Source of the DNA: Mizuhopecten yessoensis
Taxonomy: Eukaryota
Direction of reading: 5' to 3'
Assembly (NCBI RefSeq): GCF_002113885.1
Contig: NW_018408485.1
Location: forward strand, 242,287 to 306,286
DNA: 64,000 nucleotides
The notes under the pieces are model-generated. The model had not been told where the DNA came from and did not search any database. It saw nothing but the letters and a program-made list of their open reading frames with translations. The position numbers were made by a program, and so were the translations under genes. How positions within the stretch are numbered: position 1 is the first letter of the stretch; each line of letters opens with the position of its first letter. Shown piece by piece: positions 13,501 to 23,749 of the stretch.

Positions 13501-13551
13501 CCGTCGATCATGATCGGAGAGAAAGCCGCTGATCTGATTCGGAAAAGCTGA
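4397..13551 (+). CDS. GMC oxidoreductase (glucose dehydrogenase [FAD,quinone]/choline dehydrogenase-like), complete 11-exon gene, 599 aa
   Basis: Hand-spliced join 4397-4529,5479-5687,6232-6421,7689-7817,8136-8257,8956-9123,10280-10430,10976-11139,12366-12543,12738-12966,13425-13551 = 1800 nt. All introns are GT-AG with consistent phases. Motifs: YDYIIVGAGSSG (FAD-binding), [51 protein letters not shown] (catalytic His), [15 protein letters not shown] (catalytic Asn). The N-terminus is hydrophobic. Confidence 0.95.
4701..5271. mobile_element. MITE / non-autonomous DNA transposon in GMC intron 1
   Basis: 18-bp TIRs GGTAGCAG(T/A)GTACAGTAG at 4701-4718 and 5254-5271, with CTA on both sides. Confidence 0.7.
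5479..5687 (+). CDS. GMC oxidoreductase exon 2
   Basis: [17 protein letters not shown]...VVLLEAGG; ttttcag| acceptor and cag|gttcgg donor. Confidence 0.93.
6232..6421 (+). CDS. GMC oxidoreductase exon 3
   Basis: [30 protein letters not shown]...LPYFMKSED. Confidence 0.93.
6623..7230 (-). mobile_element. Penelope-like element fragment, GIY-YIG endonuclease and 3' end
   Basis: Minus strand: [27 protein letters not shown]...[37 protein letters not shown], with frameshifts and stops. Confidence 0.75.
7689..7817 (+). CDS. GMC oxidoreductase exon 4
   Basis: [10 protein letters not shown]...[16 protein letters not shown]; AG/GT boundaries. Confidence 0.9.
8136..8257 (+). CDS. GMC oxidoreductase exon 5
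   Basis: [32 protein letters not shown]; ttccag| acceptor and aag|gtaagc donor. Confidence 0.9.
8956..9123 (+). CDS. GMC oxidoreductase exon 6
   Basis: [38 protein letters not shown]. Confidence 0.93.
9549..9737 (-). mobile_element. tRNA-derived SINE (Meta-SINE-like) with 12-bp TSD
   Basis: On the minus strand, A-box TGGCCAAGTGG, B-box GGTTCGATACC and an (AAAC)-like tail. TSD TGTAGACAAAGG at 9537-9548 and 9738-9749. Family assignment is from memory. Confidence 0.85.
10280..10430 (+). CDS. GMC oxidoreductase exon 7
   Basis: [16 protein letters not shown]...YFRTG; cag|gtaagt donor. Confidence 0.92.
10976..11139 (+). CDS. GMC oxidoreductase exon 8
   Basis: [13 protein letters not shown]...SDIQVH; gaa|gtaagt donor; phase fits both neighbours. 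Confidence 0.85.
11937..12058. repeat. Two-copy ~63-bp tandem duplication in GMC intron 8
   Basis: agacagta.aatc.a.acaacatttgcca.taag.g.gagg.ctaatataa occurs twice. Confidence 0.6.
12366..12543 (+). CDS. GMC oxidoreductase exon 9
   Basis: [32 protein letters not shown]. Confidence 0.92.
12738..12966 (+). CDS. GMC oxidoreductase exon 10
   Basis: [31 protein letters not shown]. Confidence 0.93.
13425..13551 (+). CDS. GMC oxidoreductase last exon
   Basis: [41 protein letters not shown]. Confidence 0.93.
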
Positions 13552-13678
13552 ATATATACTATACAATGTGGGGAATCACGTGACCTGAAATGATTCAGTC
13601 TGTGGAAAAGGTCTGGTTCAGTATTTAGAATTCCATGGATTTAACAAAAAAAATTGGGTACAACTTTTAGATAGCCGA

Positions 13679-13684
13679 AATAAA
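13679..13684 (+). terminator. Candidate polyadenylation signal of the GMC gene
   Basis: First AATAAA about 130 nt after the stop codon. Confidence 0.45.
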
Positions 13685-14250
13685 CTTGAAATTATTGGAA
13701 ATCATACGTGCTTTCATCTCACTTAAGGTTAAGTTTTATTCATTAATGCTGAAATTCTCTTTCAATATGAGGTTTGTTGAATATGAAGTATAACACCACG
13801 TGAAGGACAGTATATGTAAAGTAACACTTAATATGTAAGCTCCGTGTAACAGTAAACCTCCGGCTGTGTATTGTGATATCAGATGTAGCATGCACGTACT
13901 ATCTTATATCTACATGCTGTAAAAGAATTAATTAACCTGTTTAGTGTTGAGATGAACATAGCACATGGGTTAAGTGTCCTTCAAGCTTTTTAGCAAATAT
14001 GTGACGTAATGCCTTTTTAATGGTTTTAAAGTATTATGCGACGGTCAAGATTCCGTTTTATTAAAAGATAAATGTTTCAATATCTTCGTTTTATAGTTAG
14101 TAAAATTTGAGGGATGTCAGTAAAGAGCAAACTTAACTGTTTTAATGAAAAGAATATGGATACTGGGTAGTTTGTATAACTATGTTTACATGTGAGTGAA
14201 CAAAAGGTTATTTAAACCTTATTATTACGGGTGCCAAATATATACATGTA

Positions 14251-16682
14251 CAGTTGTGTGACCGCACAACGCACCAACAATAGCGTCCGCACAACTGTGC
14301 GATTAACAATCGTTCACCCCCGTGGTGCGCTTCTCTCCGCACAACTGTGCGATTTGATACAATTTGTTGATAAATATTACGGAATGAAAAACATACGGAC
14401 GGCTCCTTTGCAATAATGTATACTGTAATTTTCATAACAACAATTAAGATAATGCACAGTTTCACAATGCGTGTTAAGCATTATACAGTGACCGTTACAC
14501 TTGTCAAAAATGGCTTTGGCTCCAAGGTAACAGAACAGGTAAGTACTATTTTGATGAGTGACCGGAGTTTTACCTGGCCTGCGCCTGAAACAAAGAGCCG
14601 ATACATAATACCGTATGACCGATATGAAAACACAACTGGGCGTTTAGTTTTATTTGTTAGTTGCAATTGGTATGGTCTATAGCTCCCCCTCACTTGGATT
14701 TTTACACCTCGACGAATTACGTAAGTGCGCCGGGGGAGGAAAACCGCGGTCAAGGTTCTCATACAAAGTGGCTTTGTTTACCTAAATATGGGACCATGTC
14801 CATATTGTTGTAATTGTACATGTGTCAATTCAGGTAACTTAATAAAAAAGAAAAAAAGTTAAACATCATTTCTAAATTAGAGAAAGTATAACTAGGAAGA
14901 TGAGCTTAAATATGTAGCTAGAATATGAAAATATACTTAAAAAATCAAGTTTATGTGTTTAATCACGAATCCGTAAATATTTTTAAGCCATTTCTGAATT
15001 TACACCAACCAGGGTGTCGCACAACGTTCGTCCATCGTCGGCACAAATGTGCGCAAGCAATTACTGCCGGGGTACCCAAAGGCTCTATCCTTGGACCTCT
15101 GCTCTTCTTGGTGTACATTTATGATATTGTGTATGCTTTAAAGTCCAAAATAAAACTGTTTGCCGACGATACTTCACTGTATATGGTATTAGACAATCCA
15201 ATTACGACACATGAAATTCTAGAATCGGACATGGAAAAAATAAATGCATTGTCACGCAAGTGGCTTGTAGATTTTAACCCAAATAAATCCGAAACTATCC
15301 TCATAAGTACGAAAAGAAATCCTCCTAATCACCCTCTCTTACATATGAACTAAGTTCCTATCAATAACGTATCTTTCCACCAGCACCTCGGAGTCTTTTT
15401 CTCCTCAAATGGTAGTTGATCAGATCATGTCAATTACATCATCTCTAAAACGTCATCTAAACTTAACCTCATGCGAACTTAAGAATTCCAGTTTGATAGA
15501 AATACTTTACAATCAATATATTTTTCATTTATAAGACCCCTACATGAGTATGGATATATAGTGTGGGGGAACATACCGAATGAGTTGGGAAAGAAACTTG
15601 AAAACCTCAATATTTAAGCCGCTCGAATTGTAACAGGTGCAACTAAATTAGTAAGCATTGACAAACTTTTCAATAAATCAGCTTGGGTCAGTTAATTCGA
15701 TCGGAGGCAAAATCATAAAATTATCCAGTTCCATAAAATGTTCTATCAATATACACCTGAATATATATATAGCCTTATCCCAAGTACTGTATCGGAAGGG
15801 CATCGATATGATACCAGAAACTCCGACCATACCTTTATTACTCCAATATTGAGCAAAACTGCCTTTTTTAAGCAGTCACTTTTATCTTCTGTTATAGACC
15901 AATGGAATAGTCTTCCACAAAATGTACGATCAAATCCGTCTACAATCTTATCTTGACAAGCAACATACTAAGAAAACGCCTATCTATTACAACGTTGGAA
16001 CCCGCAAGGGCCAAATATATCACGCACGACTACGAATGGAGTGTAGCTCCTTAAATGGTTATTTATTTGCTAAAAATATTGCTCCATCTCCATTAGGCAT
16101 GTGTGGTGAAGTCGAAGACAATACACATTTTTTATTGGAATGTAACAGGTACGATCAAATAAGAAGACGCTACCTACAATGTTTGCCCCATAATATTACT
16201 TTGGAGGTATTATTATTTGGAGATGATATGTTTTCATTGGCTGAAAATAAGTTAATATTTCTAGCTTTACAGAATTATATACTTTAAACTGGCAGATTTT
16301 CTATAACTGAAAAATATAACATGTAAACTTGTACAATATATATCTTACCCCAACCACCTTACTCTAAGGAAGTTTAAACTCTTGTTATTTCCATTAATTA
16401 TTGGTATATATATATATGCGTGTGTTGTGTGTATGAATGGTGTTATCACGTACTGAATATAATAGTTGTTGTTTAGTATACTTGGTGGTAGGTTTACATA
16501 AGTGTCTGTGACACTTGTTCCTATTTCCCTTTGTCTTCTCTATTCATTGTAATAACATGCTTGAACTGAAATAAAAGAAAGTTTAAACTAAGCAATGATC
16601 GTCCAGATTTTTATCGTTCACACACCGTGCACACATCGTGCGCACATCGCACATCGTGTACCGTTGTGCGATCCCACAACTG
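14251..16682. mobile_element. Non-autonomous DNA transposon interrupted by a LINE
   Basis: 21-bp TIRs at 14251-14271 and 16662-16682 (19/21 match), internal cgcacaac/gtgcg subterminal motifs, left flank TA. Confidence 0.6.
15062..16589 (+). mobile_element. 5'-truncated CR1/L2-group LINE (RT C-terminus, 3' UTR), inactivated
   Basis: GVPKGSILGPLLFLVYIYD..KLFADDTSLY, C-terminal CGEVEDNTHFLLEC, AATAAA near the 3' end, TSD AAGCAAT at 15055-15061 and 16590-16596, multiple stops. Confidence 0.9.
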
Positions 16683-18099
16683 AGTGTATGTCATTATTTT
16701 GTTGGTATTTAAAAGCATTAATGCGCAATATTTCAAACAGCGGACATAACCAACTTTCCAATAGAATTGCACCGGGGACAGTGCAACTGTGTTGTTCTGT
16801 TGTGTTGTCTTATCTTTCTCAGCGATTGAAAAAGTGAACTTGGAAGGCTGGTTCTCTGTAAGAAAAAGGCCAATCTGAAAAAAATATGGGGTATCCGATA
16901 TTTTTATTTATTTCAGAGAACTCAGCCGTGTTACGAAGATAAAATGTTTTCAAAATATCCTGTGTTGAGTCCTGAACCGACTGCCTAAATGGTCTTCAAT
17001 ATCCCGACCGAACTTGAAAAAGTAAACCATGTATCAGGTTATTTTACGTCAGTTAAATCCTTACGTTTTGGACTCATGAAGGAATGTGCTATGTTGTCAG
17101 AAGCTGGTAGATCTACTTTGCTGGCGAGCACGTGTGTGCTGCTCGCCCATAGCCCTTGAAGAAGTCTTTAGCATGTAAACAATGGAGACCTTAAACATGT
17201 TTTCCTGCTTATAATATCTCTATTAATGGCTAAGATAGAATCGCGAGGGTATTAATGATGAACGTAAGATACATTTATTTGATTACACCTATCGAAATTC
17301 GAAAAAGATAAAGTTTGCAAAAAAACAATATCTACACTGCATCATTCAGCTGTTCCGTGCTAGGACTCATCGGCGATATAATGAGCCAGACGGTTTTAAA
17401 TTTGTTGATAATATAAATATTATGAATAAGCATAATGTGTATATTATGAACTTTGTTTCTTCTCAAAAATAATGAGTGTGTTTGTCAAAGTGGAAAGAGC
17501 CTCAGAGGAACCTTGTAAGTCGGTCATGTGACCCAATTCATTTTTCACGTCCGATGTTGGAGTCGAAACACAACCGTCTTCATGATATCGTTCTGTTTTT
17601 ATAATACAGTTTTTTTCCGTGCAATATTGTCTTTCAATTAAAACGATTTAGCACAAGTAAAATAAACATGCAAATAATTCTTATCACCGTGGGAATCGGG
17701 TCATATTCCTACGCACTACAACTTCTACGTTTGCAAACAAAATGGCTGACCTAGTCACCGCGGATATGCTTTTTGCATTGATGGCGGAGGCAAAGGTATT
17801 TCGAAGCATTTCATCCGTAAAACACTATTCTCTCATCAACACAAATCAACAGGAGATGTCTCCTGGATACTTGACACACATTCAACAGCTGCATGTTCCA
17901 ATTATGTTGAAATTGAAAAGGTGGTAAAGATGGCGTCAGTAGATAGTTCGCTCACTTAACGCTTTGTAAATACTTGGACAGTCTGTGTGTTTCATAGACG
18001 TTTTCTGGAGATGAAGATTGGTATACGTACACTCTAAAAAGTGTTTCCTGTTGAATTACTGAACTTATTGACATTTGATCATAGGTAAATGCATATGTG

Positions 18100-21000
18100 C
18101 AAGAACCGTGAATAGCTCACCAGGGCTGGCCGTTTCGGCGTCACGCTCTACCGAGTGTTGACCACGAAGGCTCCATACGGGTGGACTTGGAGTACGTATG
18201 TACGCTTTATTTATAGCGACTGCACTCTCCTGTTTCGCTTGCTATCATGGACTCTAGTCAGATGTCGTTCAACAGTGACTCTTTTGGATCAATGGATGCG
18301 ACATTCACTGAGCTCTCGCCTGTCCCTAAAGCTTCAAGGAACGTCGAAATTGACTTTTCTGTGTTAAGTCTCCTTCCAAAGAATGTATATGTGGCTAAAC
18401 TTTCCGATTCAAAGTTACAATGGTACCGTTCGGTATTATTCGACCAGGCCAGCAAGCTTGACAGTTGTACCATTGGGAGACTTGCTCCGAGGAAATCAAC
18501 CTCGAAAAGTTCCGCGGAGAGTACATATGCACGCGACTATTTCCAACTTCAATAGCTTTTAGCTGGGGATACGTATGTTGATCTCAATGATATGCTTTCA
18601 CAGAAAGGGAAGAATCTTTGCCAGCTTGAACAAAGTAATGTCGCTCACTCTTCCTCACTTGAGCTGGAGTCTGTATTGCTTGAAATTGCGAATACTATGA
18701 AAAGCATTCATGAAAGAAAAGACTCTGTGAGAATGATTAAAGAGGATAACTCCAAACTCAAAACATACATTGCTGATATTAAGCAAGAATTGCAACTCTC
18801 CTGTGAAATTATAGACAGACAGTTTGCAATTGAGATTTCACATTGCTCTCCACCGAAAAACTTTGCCGATCGTGTGCATTTGTTGTCTTCTAAAACGGCG
18901 TCTCTGGAGAAATTCAAGTCTAAAATCTCCTTACAGTCAACTGTAACAGACGACTGTAAGTTCTCGCCTACGCGAAAATGAGAAATTCCTAGTTAATATT
19001 TCTGCGGAAACTCGATATTAAACGGAATCCACTATCCGTTGCCTTGGCCAGGAAATGGATGAAGAGCTGTTTGATATGAAATATCTGCTTCAAAATACGA
19101 TTTCTTTGACTTCGATGCCTCAACTCTCAGTTCGCTCGTCTTCATCTCAAGCTCCTTCTCCTGCAGAAAAGTTTTCTATTTCTTCACCCGGTTCCTCATC
19201 ATCCATCGCTATCAAGCTTTCTCCTGTTGTTCCGCTTTCGTCAAAACACACCTATGCACGGACGTGTAAATCAGATAGCCCTCCCATATCATCTGTATCA
19301 TCTGCATCTAGCCATCCGTTGAATCACAACCTCAGCGTAACCTCTGGTGGTAAAAGTAATGCAGTCGAAGTAGTCTCAAATTAAACTCGTTATGCAGACA
19401 GCCAGTCTGGGTTGTGTGTTCAACCACTGCACCACTCTGATCAATGTGTTCACAGAACGACGGTGTCAGAGGCGGATTTGTTGCCGTCACAAGGAGAAAG
19501 ACAACGCGTATTTTTCTGAGTGGTATATTCTCTTCCAGTACCGTTGATAACATTCGATCTTATCTTGAGAAAAGAGGTATTAGGGCAACATTTATGCGTA
19601 TTCTGAAGAGCCGAAACTCTGAATTTGTCTCCGGGTGTGTTAACATTCTCTCCACAGATGTCAAGAAAACGATAGAGGATAATTTCTGGTCTAACGGGAT
19701 TCGTGTTCGAAAGTAGTGCTCATAAAACCAGTATTATGGTGCCAACAATAAAGCAAACATCGATGATAGCCAGTAGCGGTCTCCTTTTTTTTTATTTGTG
19801 CATCTATGCCTTGTGCATCTGTGACCGGCATCATGTCGTAAGCCTCGTACCTACACGATGCGTTACAGGCAGAAAACGTTGACATTTGCGGAATTTTAGA
19901 GCACAAGCTATTTAAGGAAAATGTTTACATATTTTAAAGTATTCATTCTGGTTACGACTATTTTGCCATTTGTGATTTTTCAACACATGCCTTATCTGAC
20001 CGCAGAACGCGAATAGGAGATGTAACCCTTCTATGGAAAAGAACTGTGTCGAACCGCATAACTGTTGTTGATTCAGACGATTACCACATCACAATCCTAA
20101 AGCTTGTTTCTAATTCCGGTTTGTGGCATATTATATATCTACCCAATACGAGCTATGGTTCTAAAGCTTTTAACCAGTACATCGACAAGATAGACGTTCG
20201 ATGCGAGTCTTTTTCTCTTCAATGATCGGTCATTATCATGAGAGACTTTTCAACGTTTGCCTTAGTGGTCCTCGCCTACCAGACTATCAAACCAACAGCG
20301 GTGCTCGCCTTCAACGGTGCCTGGATCGTCACCAGTTGTGTGGTTTAACTACATCGTTCATCTGTTCCGGTCCGTTGCATACTTACGTGCACCCGATTAT
20401 TGATCATGTGATTGTTGACTCTTCCAAACTTGATCTTATCTCGAACTGTCATGTTGGCGGTCAGGCTTACTTAGACGTCTCAAATCATAGACCTATCTTC
20501 TGCGATATCTCTTTTACTTCCTTGTCCCAAATTGACAGTCCTCAGATGGAACGCATCACTTTTAAATGGATTCCACCTGATGGCTCCGCCTCTGCAGGTA
20601 CAGCACTTTATAACGAATACCTTCTTCGTTTTATTTTGAAGTCAAACCTCAACTCTCTCGAGTTAAAATCATTCTCCGACATTGACATTTTTAATGATCG
20701 CTTGATCGAATGCTTACATGACGTCTCTTTAGCTTCCCTCCAAAAGCGGAAGTTCCGTAAATTCTAAAGCCTTAGTGGAAGGGTAAACTAAAAGAGCTAC
20801 AAAAGAAATGTGGAGGTTAAGGTTATTTGGGATGACGAAGGTTGGCATCGAGGTCCCGATTCTCCTTTTCCTTCGTTTCGGATGTATAAGGACGCAAAAC
20901 GTGAGTTTCGTCGTAAGCACCGCCAATTATCAGAGGATCATCTTTTGAATCTGAACTCAGATATTGAGGATGCAGCAGATTTAAATTTAAATTCATTTTG

Positions 21001-22450
21001 GTCCTTTATTAAAGTCCGGTCTAACAGAGTGTCCACTGTTTATGCCAGAGCTGAAATGGTGTTTGGTCATTTGACTGTGAATTTAGTCGGATTTGGCGTT
21101 GCGCTTGGGGAAGTCCTTGCTGAAAGTTACTCTCACTCAGAAGGCAGTGGTTTTGACAGTGATTTTACCTCTTTTGTAAACTCTGCAGTTTCATACTTTC
21201 TGCAAGTTAATGGTCCACTGGAAGATTCAGCTACGATAGTTTGTACGGTAGAGGAAATTAAAAGTTGTTGTTAACGTCTTCTTCATAGAAAGGAGCCAGC
21301 TTTATAGCAATCTCGATTCTATCAGTCTTAGAAAACTGTTACCGACAAAATTAGATTATTCAGAACTTGTTTTGTGTGAATCCATTACAAAATGGAAATG
21401 GATTCCAAAAACAAGTAAGTAGTACTATGACTTCATTTATTGTGCATGAAGCCATTTAGTATGCCAGTGATGAACATGGCAGAAAGGTGTTTACATGTTT
21501 CTTGGACGATTCAAAAGTGCAATGACGGTTTTTTTCTTAAATATTTGTGATATTAGCATTACTTGTCAACACAGACAGACGATATATGTCTTCTTGCATT
21601 TTCTAAACACAAGGACCAGTGGTTATGGACATATTTAAAAACAACTCTTTCAAATATTTTACTGACACATGATAATAGCGATATTGGTCTATAGTTTGAC
21701 ACTAAAGGTCGATCACAAAATTTCCCACTGAGGACCAGATCTGACATCGCATTAGGTATGCTTGGTTTATTATTGCTTCATATATATGTAGATCATTGTG
21801 AGCTTGTTTTTTTATCGGCATTGTGTAGAACCAAAACTAATTGTACATTAAAACAACTGTTTTTATTACGATTGTATCAAAACACCTTGATGTAAATAAA
21901 AGCTTAAAAGGGTTTTATTGTTGATGCAATTGACAATTTTCATGATATTTTAAAAGAATTCTTTAAGTCTGGTAATTTTCCTCCAAAGTTACGTTGGAAA
22001 CACCTAGTGAAAAAGTTCTTCTTTGTAAAGAATCAGATGACTGGACAACTCGTTTAGATTATTCGCCTTATCTTTGGAGATTAAAAAATCTTCATCCTGA
22101 AATGAAACGTTCAGTGATCTGGTACTTTTCAAAATGTCATCCTTCATTTATTGGAACTTGCAAAACTGTTTCCAAAATGTGGATTACTCCACCTGATTGC
22201 GAACTATAATGCGCTCATTGCAAGGGTACCTTTGAGGACGCAGATGCCCATTGTTTGTTAGATTGCGGCGAATTAGAACTAGCACATTTGCGAGATACTC
22301 TTTCGACGGATAAATGATCGCTGAAATATGGTAGCGCACCAATTTCTGAACAGCTGACATCATATTGCTTTCTCAGTATATATGCAGTATTTACTATGAG
22401 TACTTTACGTCAAGGCATTGAAGATTGTATAGTTGCTCTGTCGTTGCTTT
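18100..22450 (+). mobile_element. Decayed two-ORF LINE (ORF1, APE endonuclease, deleted RT, C-terminal Cys/His knuckle)
   Basis: ORF1 pieces ending RIFLSGI...NFWSNGIRVRK; APE motifs DICGILEHKL, IIDHVIV, SNHRPI; RT-tail RTRSDIALGMLG; CAHC...HCLLDC. Boundaries approximate. Confidence 0.75.
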
Positions 22451-23589
22451 TGTTTTACATTCAAAATTCAATAAAATGTCAAATATATTGACTGTAATTT
22501 AAATACATGTACGTATACAATGCACCTAATTTGATACGAGCTTTCCTTTTTTCTAAACATTATTGATTTGAGCGTACCAGATCACACATATATATGCGTA
22601 TATTATAGCACAAAGAGGCATTCGAGGTGGTCATGATGTGTGCTCTGTTCTGCGATTATGCAACAGCACATATTTTGACTTGCATATATGTTATCGCTGT
22701 AACCTTGATCAAATTTGTGTACGTGGTGTTTATATATGTCATGATGAAGGTCAACGAGCCGTTTAAAGTGCAGAAAGGAAGATATCAAAACTGTTACAAT
22801 TCTAAACCATTTCAAGTGGAGAGATTGTCAGATACAGAGAGACATAACAGGGACACTGTGATGATGGATAATGCCGTGTGACGACCCGTTGTAGAGTCGT
22901 GACCAGGTGTTATCATACATACGGTTGTGTGCTCAGCTGTTTGTTTATGTATGCAGGCATATTTTTGGAGAAAATATAAACGAAGATATGCCGTGTAAGA
23001 GCGTTTCCAGGTCTCCGTTCGGGTAAAAACACTGCGCTGTATGCCATTGTGCAATTTAATGTGTTTTATCTGAACAACCCGGTATTATTCTCATAGTACT
23101 GTTTCAACAGAGTCTTTGTAGTTTTTCTTTTGTTCCTATTTTTGTTCTCGCAAAATTCTTCTCAGTATATTTCACTTCGGCTTTTAATTACATGTAACAA
23201 TTATATACAAGAATATTATATTACTGTTTGCCTTACTTTCAACAGAAATATTTCATGATAAAGGAACGAAGTCGTTCCTTCAGTTTGGTATTAGGTATGG
23301 TAGTGCTCTTTGAAAAATCGAAAGGAAATTATAAAAAAAAAGAGGATATGTTCAAACAAATTTCTTTTTCCCATATCCACATTAGATAAAAAAATATGTC
23401 GCTAAATCGATTATTAATATAAGTCATACCTCTGGCTTAAGTTAACTTTCAATGTAACCAAAAAACTAACAATTCTGTCAAATATATTCCGTCTTTGAAA
23501 TTGAAAATGTTATGAAATCTGTTAAAAACCGTATTTAAATATTTATAAACAAATAATTTTATTGACAATGCACGTTTTTGTTACAGAAA

Positions 23590-23747
23590 ATGGAGAGATT
23601 TCTTGCCATGTCCATCGTCGTTGGTGTAATTGATTACGTCTTATTTCAATCTACGCTAAACACGGACAGGAGAAATACTGGGTTTCCGTCAAAACTCAAA
23701 ACATTAAATAGTCATCATTTTAAGATCCTATCTCACTCTCGATCTTG
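23590..23747 (+). pseudogene. Relic first coding exon of a tandem GMC oxidoreductase paralogue
   Basis: ttacag|aaa[41 protein letters not shown] aligns with exon 4397-4529. YDYII and the donor are lost, then intron-1 homology resumes (agatcctatctcact.tcgatcttg). Confidence 0.85.
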
Positions 23748-23749
23748 AA

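Noticed and set aside
18247-19716. Host gene with a coiled-coil and Ser-rich region
   Set aside because: It is intronless, broken by stops, and directly followed by APE endonuclease motifs, so it is LINE ORF1.
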